IMG/VR virus record: IMGVR_UViG_3300036715_002535 | Span: 47,837 to 111,836 of that record | Length of the DNA stretch: 64,000 bases | Origin: a virus | Direction: 5' to 3' (one strand) | Shown: piece after piece, positions 23,198 through 35,986 of the stretch | Layout of the letters: each line of letters opens with the position of its first letter | How positions within the stretch are numbered: position 1 is the first letter of the stretch | Position numbers and translations under genes: made by a program | Notes under the pieces: model-generated | What the model saw: only the letters and a program-made list of their open reading frames with translations | What the model was told of the DNA's origin: nothing | The model's database searches: none

Positions 23198-24715
23198 TTC
23201 AACTCCTGCGCAGGATCGTCTTCGTAGGCTACACGACAGACTGCTTTCTGAGCGATGGATCTGGGATCTGTTAAAGGATCCTGATAGATTTGAAGTAGTG
23301 CTTCTTGGTAGATAACACGGTGTCTCGAAGCCTCACTCCACTCATGTCTGGCACGAAGGGTATCGTACACCAGAAAGATGATAACGAGAATCAGTAATGC
23401 GTAGATCATTTCTTTCGATCCTTGAGGAACTGGATCAGCTCTGCGCAACCATTGAGATGATCGACCAGGGATTCCGCGATTTGATCTTGGCTCTTTTTGG
23501 TATTCAGACCTTTGTGATAGAGGGATACCTTCTTGCACTCCGCACGAAGCGTTTCACTAAGAGGTCCTCCAAAAGCAATCTTCGAGGGAGCTGGTGTGAT
23601 GTGAATTGTGGAGAAGGGTTCAAAGTCCAATTCAGGAATGATAGTGATTACTCCATCTTGGTAGGAGAAGATAGAAAAATCTGGGTCAGTGATGTAAGAC
23701 TTCTTCCAGGGCATCAGGACCTCCCGAGGAGTTCTAACGGCATGTACTTGTTCGTGGTGAGGTCCGCCGCCAGCTCATCTCTCGTGGAACCTTTACCATT
23801 GGAGATCAGACCATCGCTAAGGGAGATGGAGAAGTAGGCTTGGGGACGAAGAGGGTCGTACCCAATGATCCACACCTCGTTCAGACCATCCTTAGAATAT
23901 CGACGGCCAGCTCGAATGTCGTTTGCCTCCCAGAGAACTTTCATACCCTCACCTCCCTTTCGAGTGCCGTCAGAAATAACTGATGCATATCCTCCAGCCA
24001 GCGGAGGGTGACAGTATTCTGATCAAAGTTGACCCCTTTACTGCAGGTCCAGAATAGATCCATCGTCTTGTAGACTAGAGCGCCCAAGAGAGGATCCACT
24101 TCCTCTACAGCACGAATGGTGTCGTAGGTGCCCTCAGTCAGAGCCCCCTCCGGAAGTGGGAAGTTAGAACGAAGATTGTCCAAACTATCCTTGAAGATAT
24201 TCAAGACCTTCTGAGTGTTGGATCGGTTCATGCTTCCTCCAGTTCATCTTCCCAATGGGACTGAATGTCCCGTTCGAGTCCATCGTTGCTTGCCTGCTTG
24301 AGGATTTCTAACCACTTGAGAAAGGCAGCGGCATTCGATCGTGAAGCTTTCCTTGGAAATTCCTTACGACGAGTGTCAGTCAAGAACCGAATCCGACCCA
24401 GCTCATGAACCGCAGCTCGAACTGCAAGGTTTTCCTTCGAGTGAAGCCAGTTGTCCCGGATCAGTCGTAGAAAGATCTTCTCGTAAATGACCAGGGCGGT
24501 GAGGAGCGGGTAACTATAAGAGTCCTTTAAGAAGTTCCGCTGATCCGAATTGAGTCCACGACGAAACTTCCCCCAGTTCTTCCGCTTTTCCAACTTGTAG
24601 GTGTAAATCGCACAAGCCTTCGCAGCACGGGCCTGGACGGTTACGTAGTGCTCATCGGTGACATAATGAATCATAGAGCATCCACAGCTTTTTACCCTTG
24701 CTCTCGCACCAAGGT

Positions 24716-25351
24716 TCATTTGGACCTCAAAAGTTCTGCGAGTTGGCGACCCATGTTTGACTGGGCTCGGGAATCCATTTCTGGATCGTGGTTGAAGATC
24801 TTGGGAAGGGAAAGCATCCTCACGAGGAAGTCCCTGCGACCCTCGATCATCTGGGATTCGAGGAACCTGCTGCTATACTCTTCGAACAAGAGCTTTCCAT
24901 GGTAGGTGTATTCGTCGTAGGGCAATGCGAGTGTAGCCAGATCCAGGTCACCCAGATCGTTTACAGAACCCTGGGTTTCGTAGTAGGCGGTGGAGAGGAT
25001 CATTTCACTGATTAGGGCGGCGGATCCTACAAGAGGATCAACATCCAACGCCTTGCAGTCCTCCTCGAAAAAGATCTTGCTCTGCATCTCATTGTCCGAA
25101 GCACCTGGACTGTAGATGTAATCATGATAGAAGATAGCAAGCTGAAGGTTCGACTTTCGCACCTTGGAAAGAGTGAGTTCTTCCAAATCCTGAAGCATCC
25201 GCTGAATGTGGAACAGATTGTGGTAGTGCCGACCCAACTTGCTATATTGATGAATCAGCGCCAGATACTTTCTGCGAGTCACTTCTTTGTCCGCAGAACC
25301 TTGGGAAACGACTGTCCATGCGCTATAAAAAAGATCCCACATGTCCATCAC
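24716..25351 (-). CDS. HD-superfamily metal-dependent phosphohydrolase
   Basis: RHYHNLFHI, LAIFYHDYIY, NE..S, DLDLATL. Confidence 0.85.
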   Translation of the reverse strand: MMDMWDLFYSAWTVVSQGSADKEVTRRKYLALIHQYSKLGRHYHNLFHIQRMLQDLEELTLSKVRKSNLQLAIFYHDYIYSPGASDNEMQSKIFFEEDCKALDVDPLVGSAALISEMILSTAYYETQGSVNDLGDLDLATLALPYDEYTYHGKLLFEEYSSRFLESQMIEGRRDFLVRMLSLPKIFNHDPEMDSRAQSNMGRQLAELLRSK

Positions 25352-25713
25352 AGAACTCCTATCGGTACGGATGAAGCGTAGCTTTACTACTTCATACGGG
25401 GTTGTATTCTTCTTCGTATTTGAAGGTATCAGGATCCATCGCAGCTAAGGCCATTGTTCCAGCCCATCTTCGGAACTTGTCATCAGTTCCTTTGAATGTA
25501 GCACTCAAGACTTGGATGCTCTCTAAGGCTTTCGTGTATCTAGTGGCTAGGTTGGTGTTGTTGTAGACGGCTTGAATGAGTGTAGTGCATTCTGCTTGTT
25601 GTATAGGATCATCTGACCACATATAGGCTCCTACATTACTTACTTGATCCCGAAAGTGATGGCGTCTGTGTTTGGGTGAGTATAAGATCTACGGTCAATT
25701 TGCACCTCAGACT

Positions 25714-25742
25714 AATATACCCTTAATAATTAAAAAATCAAG
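25714..25742 (-). promoter_or_regulatory. Class A promoter, degenerate
   Basis: aatatacccttaataattaaaaaatcaag. Confidence 0.5.
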
Positions 25743-26922
25743 AGCGGTTTTGCTTGTGTAGCTGATCCAGTTCGCGTCGTTCAAGGCCTCGCTTCATTGT
25801 ACCGTTTGAAAAGATTTGCCCACTCCCGCTTGGCGAATTCGTACAGCTCCGAAGGAGTCATACCCTTCGTTCGAAGATTGACATTGCAGAACCGCATATC
25901 CCTACGACGGTCCTCGAGTGTGAAAGTTCGATCGTTAAAGGTCACGGAGACCATATCGAATACGCGGGTTTGAGTCATTTCGCACCAAAGGCTTCAAGGA
26001 CTGGATGGAGGAGCTGCCACTTATTACCATCCGAGATGGCCTGAACGGTGGAGTCGATGAAGGCAGTTTCTGGATCCCCTTCAATCCACACCGCCACGAT
26101 CTGATCCCCAGTCTGCTCAGCTGCGAGCTTGAAAGCCTGAACAGCCTTCTGGCGATCGGAAAGATCCATTTCACCCTTGAAGGCCAGCTTGTAGGTCTTG
26201 CGAGCAGCGAGCCGCTTGGAAGATTCGAAGACATCGAAGGCGTGCATCATCGAATCCATCTGCTTGGACCCAGAGATCACGTGGATGGTTACGGGACTGG
26301 GAATCTTCATGCTACCTCCGTGGGTCCTTCTTGGAAAGTTTTCTTGCAGACAGCATCCAGGGTTCGGGTATTGTACACCGCTACCCAAACATCCCCGATT
26401 GCTTTCTCCCAGCAACCATTGGTGGAACGGCGGTAGAGGAACATGTCGTTTCCCTCGAAGAACTGGTAGGTGCCATCTCCTCTGTAGTGATCGAACTCGA
26501 AAGCAACCTTCGACTTGGTCATCACCTTGGGAAGCTGTTCGCAGTAGAAGCAACCCTCCCGAAAATCCAGATGCGCGGAACACGCACCAGCAACTTCTGT
26601 TTGGGGATCCAGGTCATTTCAACCCCTTTCGGGTAAGGTCTTCCAGAATAGTGGCACGCTGACGAACGAGCTCTTCCAGGATGCTTCCCTGCAAAGGACG
26701 GGAAGTTGTATTGAATTCCGTTTTGAAATTGTCGATGGCAAGCTCGATACGGAACAGCTTGAGCAGATCCTTGATCGTGGCATCTGCGGTCTTGCACTCT
26801 TCCAAGAGACGATCCCGTTCGTCGACCACATGGTCTAGCTCGTTATTCAAACGATCGATCTCTGACATTTCTACCTCAGGGTTTTAGCGAATCTTTCCAC
26901 GCGGAAAAACCACTTCATTACA

Positions 26923-26953
26923 AATATACGGTTGACGAATTAAAATGTCAAGG
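26923..26953 (-). promoter_or_regulatory. Palindromic promoter, class A
   Basis: aatatacggttgacgaattaaaatgtcaagg. Confidence 0.75.
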
Positions 26954-27675
26954 GTGATAGTAGTATTTCCCCACGAGGGCAATTCCACCCACGACAAGGG
27001 GAACTCCCAGTCCTAGGTGGAGCCAGATCGTATTCCGTGTACGACCTGCCTTGAGTCCGAAGTACCATCCCCAGACCCACATTAAGATGTAGAGCCAATC
27101 GAAGTAGAAAACTCCAAACTTGTGCAGGTATGTCGCCATGGATCCTCTAACCGAAAATTAAGCGAGCTTCAGCTCGTTGCGGGTCTTACCATGGAACTGA
27201 GCTTCCCCGCGCTCGGCATTGAAGGTGGTGAAGGGCAAGTTCACCCCACGTTCCTTCAACAGCTCGCAGAACTCGAAGTCGCAGGCTTCCGGGTACAGGC
27301 GCTTGTCTGGCACGTACTCGGTATTCTGTCGAACGTACTGCTCATCCTCGAAAGAAAGGATGTCATCTCCGAAGCCGTACATCACCTTGTAGATGATGCC
27401 ATCTTCGAGGTACACGTGCCATGAATGACGCTCGCATGTGTAACCCCACAGGAGGGTCCGGTCGGACTGGTTCTTCAGGTCTTCACCCTTGAGAACCACT
27501 TCCGGGATACGACGAACCTGCTGAAGTTCCTTGTACTGATCGAGCTGCATTACTTCCTCCAGGGAGCAGAGATGGGTGCTTGCACATTGATCTTGGCGAT
27601 GGTGACCTCACGACCACTCTTCAAACGGATCACAAAATCCACTTGAGTGTTCTTCATAAGATCCTCCACCTAACC

Positions 27676-27705
27676 AATATACTGTTGACAATTAAATCGT
27701 CAAGG
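27676..27705 (-). promoter_or_regulatory. Palindromic promoter, class A
   Basis: aatatactgttgacaattaaatcgtcaagg. Confidence 0.8.
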
Positions 27706-28108
27706 CACAATTTCTAAAATCGGTGGTTAAATATTCATGTTCGAAAAACTGAAAGCCTATAAACGTGAGAAGAAAATCCTGAAAGCCTGTGGCTGCGTTT
27801 GCTACTGCCCAAGCTGCAAGGAGCCCTTAAATGATGCATCCGAATGGGCAGGGGACAAAGAAGGTCTCGGAACCTATATTTGCCAGGTGTGCCGCTTTAA
27901 GAGTACATGGCACTTTGGGATTGCTCCGGTCCCCATCTGCCTGAGTGAGCCTGGGAGTGAAGAAACCGTTCGCAGATGTCCACATTGCCACAAGCCTTGG
28001 GATCGGTTGGACATTCCGGTTTCATCCTGGTGGCTGAAAATGACATTCCGACCGCACATGGCAATCATCTGCCGTTCGTGTAAAGAAATTGTAGGGTACG
28101 AGTAACCG

Positions 28109-28138
28109 CCTTGACAATTAAATTGTCAATCGTATATT
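28109..28138 (+). promoter_or_regulatory. Palindromic promoter, class A
   Basis: ccttgacaattaaattgtcaatcgtatatt. Confidence 0.8.
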
Positions 28139-28892
28139 GGTAATCCGAGGTCCTTATGTGCATTGAATGCGCTCACATCGCTCAGCTCACAGTTGCAGCC
28201 GCTCCAGTGGGAATCTACTGGTGCTTGAAGAAGTTCAAGATCAAACTGCCCAGTAAGAAGAAGCAGGAGGCAAAGTGAAGTTCGTACATCGCAAGTCCAG
28301 TTGGACTGACATCAACTGGTGCCACTGTGGAACTGATCTCTCAGTGCCAGGTCGAACATGGGCGGTTTGAGTGGACGGAAACGATCCATAGCTTCCCAGT
28401 TCGAGTACTTCGTGCCATGGTTGGGCTCTCTCGTCCTTCGACTCCAAAGATCTGGGTCAAGTGGAAGGAGTGCTCTAATCCCTCGGGGCACCAATGAGTG
28501 TAGATGTTGAGAAATTACAATTGTTGATTATCGCTGTTGCCGAAGGTCGTGCAACAGTTCCCTTGGATGAAGAGACTCCAGGGTGCCTGCGAGCTGTTCA
28601 GAAGCTACGGCAGGTCGCAGATCAAGCCAGGATGGATCTAGCTAATCTTCTTCGGTAAAGACGTGGGGGGAAACCTTCATCCACCCATCGTAAGACCCAC
28701 CGAAGTTTTCACCTTGTGGATCATCTGAATCATTGACAAGCATCTTACGTAGCTTGTCCTCGAACTGTTCGAGTGAAAGCTTCTTCTGATTGTAGATCAC
28801 CACTGTCCAACCAGTAGAGCTTTCATCCGTGTAACCGGACATATCGCATTCGCAACCACAAAGTTTCTCTACCGCCTGCTTGAGCTGCTTCC

Positions 28893-29225
28893 TCAACCCT
28901 GGAGCATATCTACACGGATGTACTGAGGTGCCTTGGGCTTGGCAGCTTTCTTAGAAGTTTCCTTCAACCTAGCTTGCTTCGCTTTCTTGTCGTGCTGTAT
29001 TGCCATCTTGGTGTGGTGAGACATTTCTGAATCTTTACCAATTTTCTCGTAAAGGGTTGCTGCAATTCTATGTAGGTGGGCAGCTTTGACATGGTCCTCA
29101 AACGAATTCTCTTTATCGGCTTTAGTTGTAGCTTCATTCGCTTTGATGGTAGCAGCCGCAGCTTTGTCCTTGTAGGTACCAGAGGTCAATTTTTCCGGCA
29201 CGGTTGCTTTGACATGGAGCTTCAT
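28893..29225 (-). CDS. KLRIxA-leader protein (MKLHVKAT), Ala/Lys/His-rich
   Basis: Leader motif; upstream GGTTAGAATAGAATAG; opposite strand to neighbours. Confidence 0.65.
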   Translation of the reverse strand: MKLHVKATVPEKLTSGTYKDKAAAATIKANEATTKADKENSFEDHVKAAHLHRIAATLYEKIGKDSEMSHHTKMAIQHDKKAKQARLKETSKKAAKPKAPQYIRVDMLQG

Positions 29226-29245
29226 CTGCCACCTCTATTCTATTC

Positions 29246-29266
29246 TAACCGACATTCGTGAGGTTA
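29246..29266. promoter_or_regulatory. Back-to-back TAACC-N11-GGTTA motif, class B
   Basis: Between divergent genes 29225(-) and 29283(+). Confidence 0.6.
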
Positions 29267-30632
29267 AATCTTTGAGGGCAAAATGAAGCGTGTAATCATA
29301 GTTGCACTTCAGCAATACCTGAACAATGGACACGAACCTCGCCAGTCTGGAGCCCTCTGCAAGAACTGGCGCCAGGTACGAGAGATCCTGAGGAATGAAT
29401 ACAAAGACTGCAAGGTAACCATCTTCCGCCAGAAGTGGGCTCTACCTTACAAAGACTTCTGGGTCAAATCTGCGAGGAAGGAAGTTACCATCTATCTCAA
29501 AGGATTCAAGAAGTGAGAGCATGGTTTCGTAGACTCGGATGTTCTTTGGGATTTCATTCTTATTGTTTCCACATGGAATACTATCCTTATGAAGAGGGTG
29601 GAATCCAAGGAACATGTGCTTGGTGGATCCACTCTTGTTGCGACACTCCCCTAGAACCTGTTGAGTACAAGGTGACCAATGATTCTGACGCCTGAAGTAA
29701 AAGCTGAAATCGATAAGCTATCCATCTACCAGCTACTCCAAAGGAACCGCTTCGCACCTGCAGGAGACGAAATCTTCGAAGGTGAATCTGGTACCTACTT
29801 TCTGAAACGTATGTGCGAACTGCGTGATGCAAACCCTGCAGCGTACTCTCGTGCATCCCGAGACTTGGGTTGGGGATGAAACCACTTCCAATGATGATAA
29901 TCTGGATTCTGTGCGGTCTAGGCATTGCCGCGATGAGCATGGCCATCCTTATGCTGCATCGAAATCGCCTGGTGTATCAATGGAGAACTAGAGCAAATTG
30001 TTCGTGGGCAGCTCGTTCCCAACTTGTAAGTGATCTCCTGAAACAGAACCCCTACATGTGGGCTCACTTCCCGGAAGACTTTAACTGGATCCTGCAAACA
30101 AGTAGTAAGTTCTGTTGTGAGATCTATGGTACACTTCCTTCGCACTCAGCCATGATAAATAATCTCCGTGCCTGGAACTACGAACAAGCGACTGGAGACT
30201 ACGAAGTTCAACTTGAACTCACTCTCCAAACGATTCTTGATCGAGTTCACGAGGTCGAGGACAAGTACGAGTTCCTAAAACAGAGATATCTATGAGTTCC
30301 TATGAATGTCCGGTTTGCGAGTCCAAGGGATTCGAACCCAGTCGAACTGGTTATGGTTGCGCCTTCTGTGATGGAACTGAAGGCGGCAACCCACCTAGAA
30401 ACTCCCGCGAGGAACTGGAAGCCCTACTCCAAGAAGCCAAGATCAAACTCCACCGCTGTCAGCACGAACTGAACAATCTAGTTCAGGGAGTGAAAATGAT
30501 CGAGGAACTCCTTGAAGTTGGTTATGGCGTGAAACAGAATTTACCGGAGTTTCCTGCCCCTTGGACTTGTACGGACTGCCAACAACTGGTCCCTTCTGGT
30601 CAGTACCATGATTGTAAAGGTGGAACACTGTA

Positions 30633-30833
30633 ATGCCCCTGTACGTGTATACCTGCGATCATTGCCATGCTAGTCACGAACTCCTAGAATCCCTCTCAGC
30701 TCCAGTACGACACGACTGCCCTTTCTGCAACTCCCAGGATTCTATGACACGTACTATCTCCCTCCCATCTTTTACATTGAATGGTGAAGGATGGTACAAG
30801 GATGGCTACTCGAAAGGTAAGGTGAAGGAATGA
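30633..30833 (+). CDS. FmdB-family zinc-ribbon protein
   Basis: MPLYVYTCDHC...CPFC...ISLPSF.LNGEGWYKDGY. Confidence 0.85.
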   Translation: MPLYVYTCDHCHASHELLESLSAPVRHDCPFCNSQDSMTRTISLPSFTLNGEGWYKDGYSKGKVKE

Positions 30834-32611
30834 GTCTGACCTACATCCTCATGCCTAGTATCTTAGCCTTTGGAACCTACAGCACATTTCCTATTCCGCT
30901 TCCGAGCAGGCGCTGAAGTGACATCGAAACAAGATCGCAAACGCTTGACCAAGTCTTCACGAAGATTCTTTCGTAGAATGATCCGCAAGGGTGTTTTGAT
31001 CAAGGTTAATTCCTTGAAGCTTGGATCCGTACGGGGAGTGAACTTCGCATGAGCAACGATCAAAAAGAGTTTCTCCTCAAGCTAAATATTCTGCTTCGTG
31101 AGTACAATGTCACACTCGCCACGTGTAGAGATACTGACGGCATCTCCATCATTATGGGTGGAGAAGAGTTTGCTTGCCCCATGGAACTTCCCACTGAATT
31201 CGAATCACCTGTGAAGGGTCATCTGTGAAAGAGCTACGGAAGTCCGTTTTCATCAAATTTGATCCACTTGCACCGGACCCCACCCGAACCTTCGAGAAGA
31301 TGGAAACTGAGCACCCTGAGGTTGCCTTGAAGTGGATCGAGGAGATGGCAAGGGAAGAGGATGAACGCATCATCCAACACTGGGTACGCAAGTGTGATCG
31401 TAAATTCCGCAAGCAGGACTATCGCACTTGGAAGTCCCTCCAGAACCTACCCATCAAAGCACGTGTTATCAAGATGTCCACGGAGAAAGGATCCTAATGG
31501 TTTTTGATTCCACTATCCACAAGGACTCTCGTACCCACGAGATCGATATCCTCTTCAATGAAGAAGATACCGTGAATGTACCTGAGCTGATCAATCAGTT
31601 CCACCTTATTGCACTTCTCCTCAAACCAAATACGAAGAAATCTATTAAGTATCAAAATCAATTCGTACTGACCGTCCGCGCCAAGAAGAACTTCACCCCA
31701 GCAGCCTTTCTGTCCGAACATAAATCCTTCTTAGACGAACTTGCAGTACGTGGTCACATAAGGGAAAACTGATGAGAACCCTTCGTGAGGTTTCGATTGA
31801 ACTCTATGAACTCCTGACAGAGGGAATAGATGATCCACTCAACTGGGAATCTTACGAAGATCCCAAGATGGGACCTCTCCTCCAGGAACTGCGTGCTAAT
31901 CTTTCCACCGCTTCCACGAACACCCTTGCCATTGAAGATGTGGAAGCCCTCCAAGAACAAAGATGCCGAATCAATGCGCTCCCCCTGGAATCCATCACTT
32001 GGACTGAGAAGGGATGCATCATACCAGTCACCCAACAGCAAATCGAAGATTTCAAATTCACTGGCCTGAGCAACCTGGACTTCGTTAAACTTCGATGGTG
32101 GACGGTGACCCTATGATCGAACTCATCCAAAGATTACTCATTGGTCATGCCCACCAGTATACCACAATCAAAGAGGTGGAGTACAAAGCCTCCACGATCT
32201 ATCCCACGAGGTTCGTGTACGTGATGCAATGCACCCATTGTGGCAAGATCAAATCCAAGACGGTGACACCATGAGCGGCGGTCACTACGATTATGCCTAC
32301 AGCAGGATCAATCAGCTCGCAACTGATATCCGAGCGGATGTCATCAAGCGCTCCCAACCTTACAAAGAAGGTTACGGCGAGTACATCGTCGAACCCCTCC
32401 CTCCGGATATCCTCGCCCACATGACCCACCTTGCCCAGTTCCTTGATCAAGCTGGAGAATCCGCAAGGGACCTCGAATGGTTCCTGTCCGGAGATTATGG
32501 CGAAGATACCCTACGCGACTGCCCCTCCTGGAAATTGAGCGAAGCCCAAAGAAAGGTGGATGTCTAGTCTACCCTTCGACTTCCTTCCTGAACTGATTCC
32601 AAACGAGTACT

Positions 32612-32776
32612 ATGACCGATTATAAAGTCCTATTCTCCCAAACCGTAGAGGATCTCCAAGAACAAGTCAAGACCCACCTGAACGATGGCTACCAGCTCGT
32701 GGGCGGCCTGAGTGTGGATGGCTCCGGTCAGCCAAACATGTTCTATCTATACCAAGCAGTTGCCAAGCTAGCCTGA
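32612..32776 (+). CDS. DUF1737-like small protein
   Basis: Manual translation MTDYKVL...LQEQVKTHLNDGYQLVGGLSV...YQAVAK. Confidence 0.6.
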   Translation: MTDYKVLFSQTVEDLQEQVKTHLNDGYQLVGGLSVDGSGQPNMFYLYQAVAKLA

Positions 32777-33826
32777 AGCGCGCGGTCCTATCTACCTTTT
32801 GATTGTTATTCGTGCCGGGCGAAAAATGCCTTTTCCCCTCTACTAGCAATACGAACAAGTTGGCCCTTCCCCCTACTTCAGTCGAGGTTCCCATGAATGA
32901 CTTCTGCCCCACCAAGATCGTATCCCTCGAAGTCCAAGAAAATGGAATCATACGCACGCTGGATGGCAATATCTGTGCACGCCTCGTAGATGACTTTGAA
33001 TATGCACAACTCCCTCTACCCTCTAAGATAAACTATCCTGGCACCGTCATTAATGAGAAGCTGACACCCCCGCAGGGAACCCCCACTACTGCGCATGAAC
33101 TTGCCGCCCTACTCCTCCAATGCCCCGAGGGTACCCTAGTCAATGTCATTGCGAATAACTATGCCTACCCCTTCACTATCACTTATGGAGGAGGAGGAGA
33201 TAGTGAAGGCCGCTCTACCTACACCACAATCAGTTTGTACGTGGATGCCCTGAATGGCTTTGAAAAGTTGCAAAAGGTGATCGAAGAAGTAAAATCCTCT
33301 CGTACCGAGAGATTACATCTCCTGGGAGATCATCCCAGAGATCTCAAAGAGTAACACTTCGTGCTTGGGTTACCAAGCACCCCGGAGAATCCACGTGAAA
33401 AAAGAGACATCTTCTCGTAGCTGGGGCAGGTAATGGTGATCCGCTTAGGTGGTATCAAACCCTACGAGTGTCCCTGCTGTGGGGTCAAAACCCATACTAC
33501 CACGAATAGTGAGGGCGCCATGGTAACCTATCATGGAGATCCGCGCTGCCCCTTTTATAGTAAGAAGGAGAGGACCGATGAGGGATTGCTGCCTACGCAA
33601 CCATTGCCCCCTCTGTAGAGGGGAGACCCATATTGATAGTTACGTTTGTCCCTGCCATAAGCAAATTACTGATGATAATTTGCCGTTAATTGAAAGTGCG
33701 CATGAGGGTAAAAATTCGGTGTCGGCGAAAAACGGCATGAGGGCAATTATACGACCTGCGCAGGATTTTCGCCGGTAGACGATATTTAGAAACACGGGGG
33801 TGGCGAAGTTTTTATAGGGTTCAACG

Positions 33827-33975
33827 GGGCACCCCCGTGTAGGGAACTAGGGGGTGGGCAGTCTCTAGGGCACCCCCGTCCGGAGAGCCTAGTCTCCTCG
33901 TGCCCCACTAGTCTCCTAGCTCTACTCTCTAGTCTCTCTAGTCTCCTAGCTCTAGTCTCCTAGCTCTAGTCTCTG
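33827..33975. repeat. CTAG-rich repeat block: six CTAGTCTC copies plus two GGGCACCCCCGT
   Basis: CTAGTCTC at 33889, 33908, 33929, 33938, 33952, 33966; 12-mers at 33827 and 33868; at a point of convergent transcription. Confidence 0.85.
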
Positions 33976-34836
33976 CCCAGTGAGCCAGGTGGGGAAGCAG
34001 GGAGCTCCCTGGTCCTCGTGGAGTTTGATACAGGTAGGACAGTAGGGACCCTCGCCACAGTAGTGGCACAAGGCTAAGAGACTGGAGGGGCAGGAGCACT
34101 TACAGCCAGGGCACTCTACTGTGAGAGGTACCTCAGGTCCACGCAGAGGGGTACTAGTCATACTCATACTCCCCAGGAGGGAAGGGAGGGTGCCACGTGC
34201 TGGAGGTCATCGTCCATCTCCCAGGGTCAGGGAACCATAGGCACGCTGACGGAGCTCAAGGATCCTCTCTAGGTCCTCTGGCTTGTAGTCGAGGGACTCG
34301 AGGTGGGTACGGAACTGTAGGTCCTGAGGATCATCTAGAGGGATAGGGTTGGTCATACTTCCACTTCTTCGATGGTGAACTCGTTGTAGGTGAACGCCAC
34401 GATGTCCCAAAAGAACTGCTCGTGCTCGTGAACGCGGGAGATAGATTTGGACCCCCACTCGGAGGAGTTACGGGCTTCCTGGGTGGCGAACTTCAGGTCG
34501 AACACCGTGGAGCAGAGATCCTTGCTGTCGTAAACCTCCGACACACGGCGCTTGGTGGCGGGCAAGTCCACAGTACTTGGGCGACCCTTGAAGGCGTCGG
34601 CAGGAAGTTTCCACTTCTCGACCCACCAGTTGATGTCCTCCTGGGCAGGGTCGATCATGCTGAGACGCTGGATCTCCGCGACCTGCTCGTCGTAGCCGGC
34701 GGTGAACCCCAGCAGGTTCTTGAAGCGTGCCCACTTGGAGGGTTCCTGCTTCGTGGCAGGGAACTCTTCCCACTTGGGACAGATGTGGTTCTGACAGAAG
34801 ATGGCGTATCCCATGTCGTCAGGCTCCTGGACAGGA

Positions 34837-35067
34837 TCAGGCGGGTTCATAGGTGGCGGCGAAGATGTCGGGTTTGATCGGATAGAAATGCACTCCATCC
34901 GGTTCTGGCACAATCCAATCCCCTGCCTGGATGTAGCAGCGTTGCCCATGGATCGTGACAACATAGGGGGCGAGGTCTTCTTCCCTACGCCACACACCTG
35001 CGGGGTCGTTCATACCGTCAAACTGAACCGCTTCGATCTCAACAGGGATCTTTCGGAATCTCGGCAT
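34837..35067 (-). CDS. Conserved phage protein (PGDYG-like)
   Basis: FRKIPVEIEAVQF...T.HG......GDWIV.......YPIKPDIFAATYE. Confidence 0.7.
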   Translation of the reverse strand: MPRFRKIPVEIEAVQFDGMNDPAGVWRREEDLAPYVVTIHGQRCYIQAGDWIVPEPDGVHFYPIKPDIFAATYEPA

Positions 35068-35072
35068 GGCGT

Positions 35073-35348
35073 CCTTTCGAGGGTCGTGCAGCTGGATATT
35101 AGCAATCATCCATGTATGCCTTGCAGCAGACTCACGCCTGGGGTTTCGAGAGGATGTAGACATCAATTTGCTCGGGCGTCAGATTGTCGTGATCCCACAG
35201 TTCCTTCGATGCCCTGTTCCGGCGCTCCTCACAGGTGCACAGGTAGGCGCGGCTAGGGTGCGCCCCAAGGTAGGGGCAGTTGGCGAGATGAGTGTAGGGC
35301 TGTTGGTCGAGGTTCATTGAAAGCCCTTTCGAGGGTCGTGCAGCTGGA
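35073..35348. repeat. 24-bp direct repeat cctttcgagggtcgtgcagctgga (35073-35096, 35325-35348)
   Basis: Identical copies, each just upstream of a minus-strand start codon. Confidence 0.9.
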
Positions 35349-35354
35349 CAGGTG

Positions 35355-35579
35355 CTATATGTTGAGGAAGACGATGCGTCGTGACAGGATTTTCTCGTAT
35401 TGCTCCATGACCAGTTCCTGTTTGCACAGGAGGGATTTGTTCTCTCTGTCCAGCGAGTCGAACTCCTTGGTGTCAATGAAACTCCTGAGTTTCTCCAAGC
35501 GCTCACGCAGCTCTGTGCGCTCATTGAGGAGTCGGGCCTTCACATCCTCTTCCATCTTGTTTCCTTGAGGGTTGGTCAT
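35355..35579 (-). CDS. Small phage coiled-coil protein (crAss001_48-like)
   Basis: RL..E..EL.ERLEKL..FI....F..L......LL..Q...M..Y..IL.RRI. Confidence 0.6.
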   Translation of the reverse strand: MTNPQGNKMEEDVKARLLNERTELRERLEKLRSFIDTKEFDSLDRENKSLLCKQELVMEQYEKILSRRIVFLNI

Positions 35580-35956
35580 TTGGTTTTCTCCTGTACGGTC
35601 TTGTAGGAGTAGTGGACTGGTGTGAGCATGACTTGTACCTTGAGGGCGCCCACCTTGAAGGTGAAGCCAAAGGGGCGCTTGATCATTTTGAGGAAGGTGC
35701 CACCAGAGGCTTCCACGACTGGCTTGAGCTGCGCACTGAAGGTCTGAACATCCTGGGAAGGATCCTTATCCCAGGACTTGAGGGCATTGTTGATGTGCCA
35801 GCGTGCATCCTGATAGACCTTGTTGGCTACCTCTCTTTGTTCCAGCGTGGGTGCTTCCATAGTGGCTCTCTCCTGTTAGGGATAACCCTAAGGATGGTTC
35901 TTCGTGATAGGTATATCTCCCAACCCCTTGAGAATCCTCCCAGATCCTATTATTGC

Positions 35957-35986
35957 CCTTGACAATTAATATGTCAAGGGTATATT
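35957..35986 (+). promoter_or_regulatory. Palindromic promoter, class A, in a divergent gap
   Basis: ccttgacaattaatatgtcaagggtatatt. Confidence 0.85.

Noticed and set aside
30320-30400. GGGATTCGAACCCA resembles a reverse-strand tRNA T-arm
   Set aside because: No matching acceptor stem, D arm or anticodon arm; lies inside a plausible ORF
33889-33975. CTAG repeats as a CRISPR array
   Set aside because: Units are 8-14 bp and tandem, with no unique spacers
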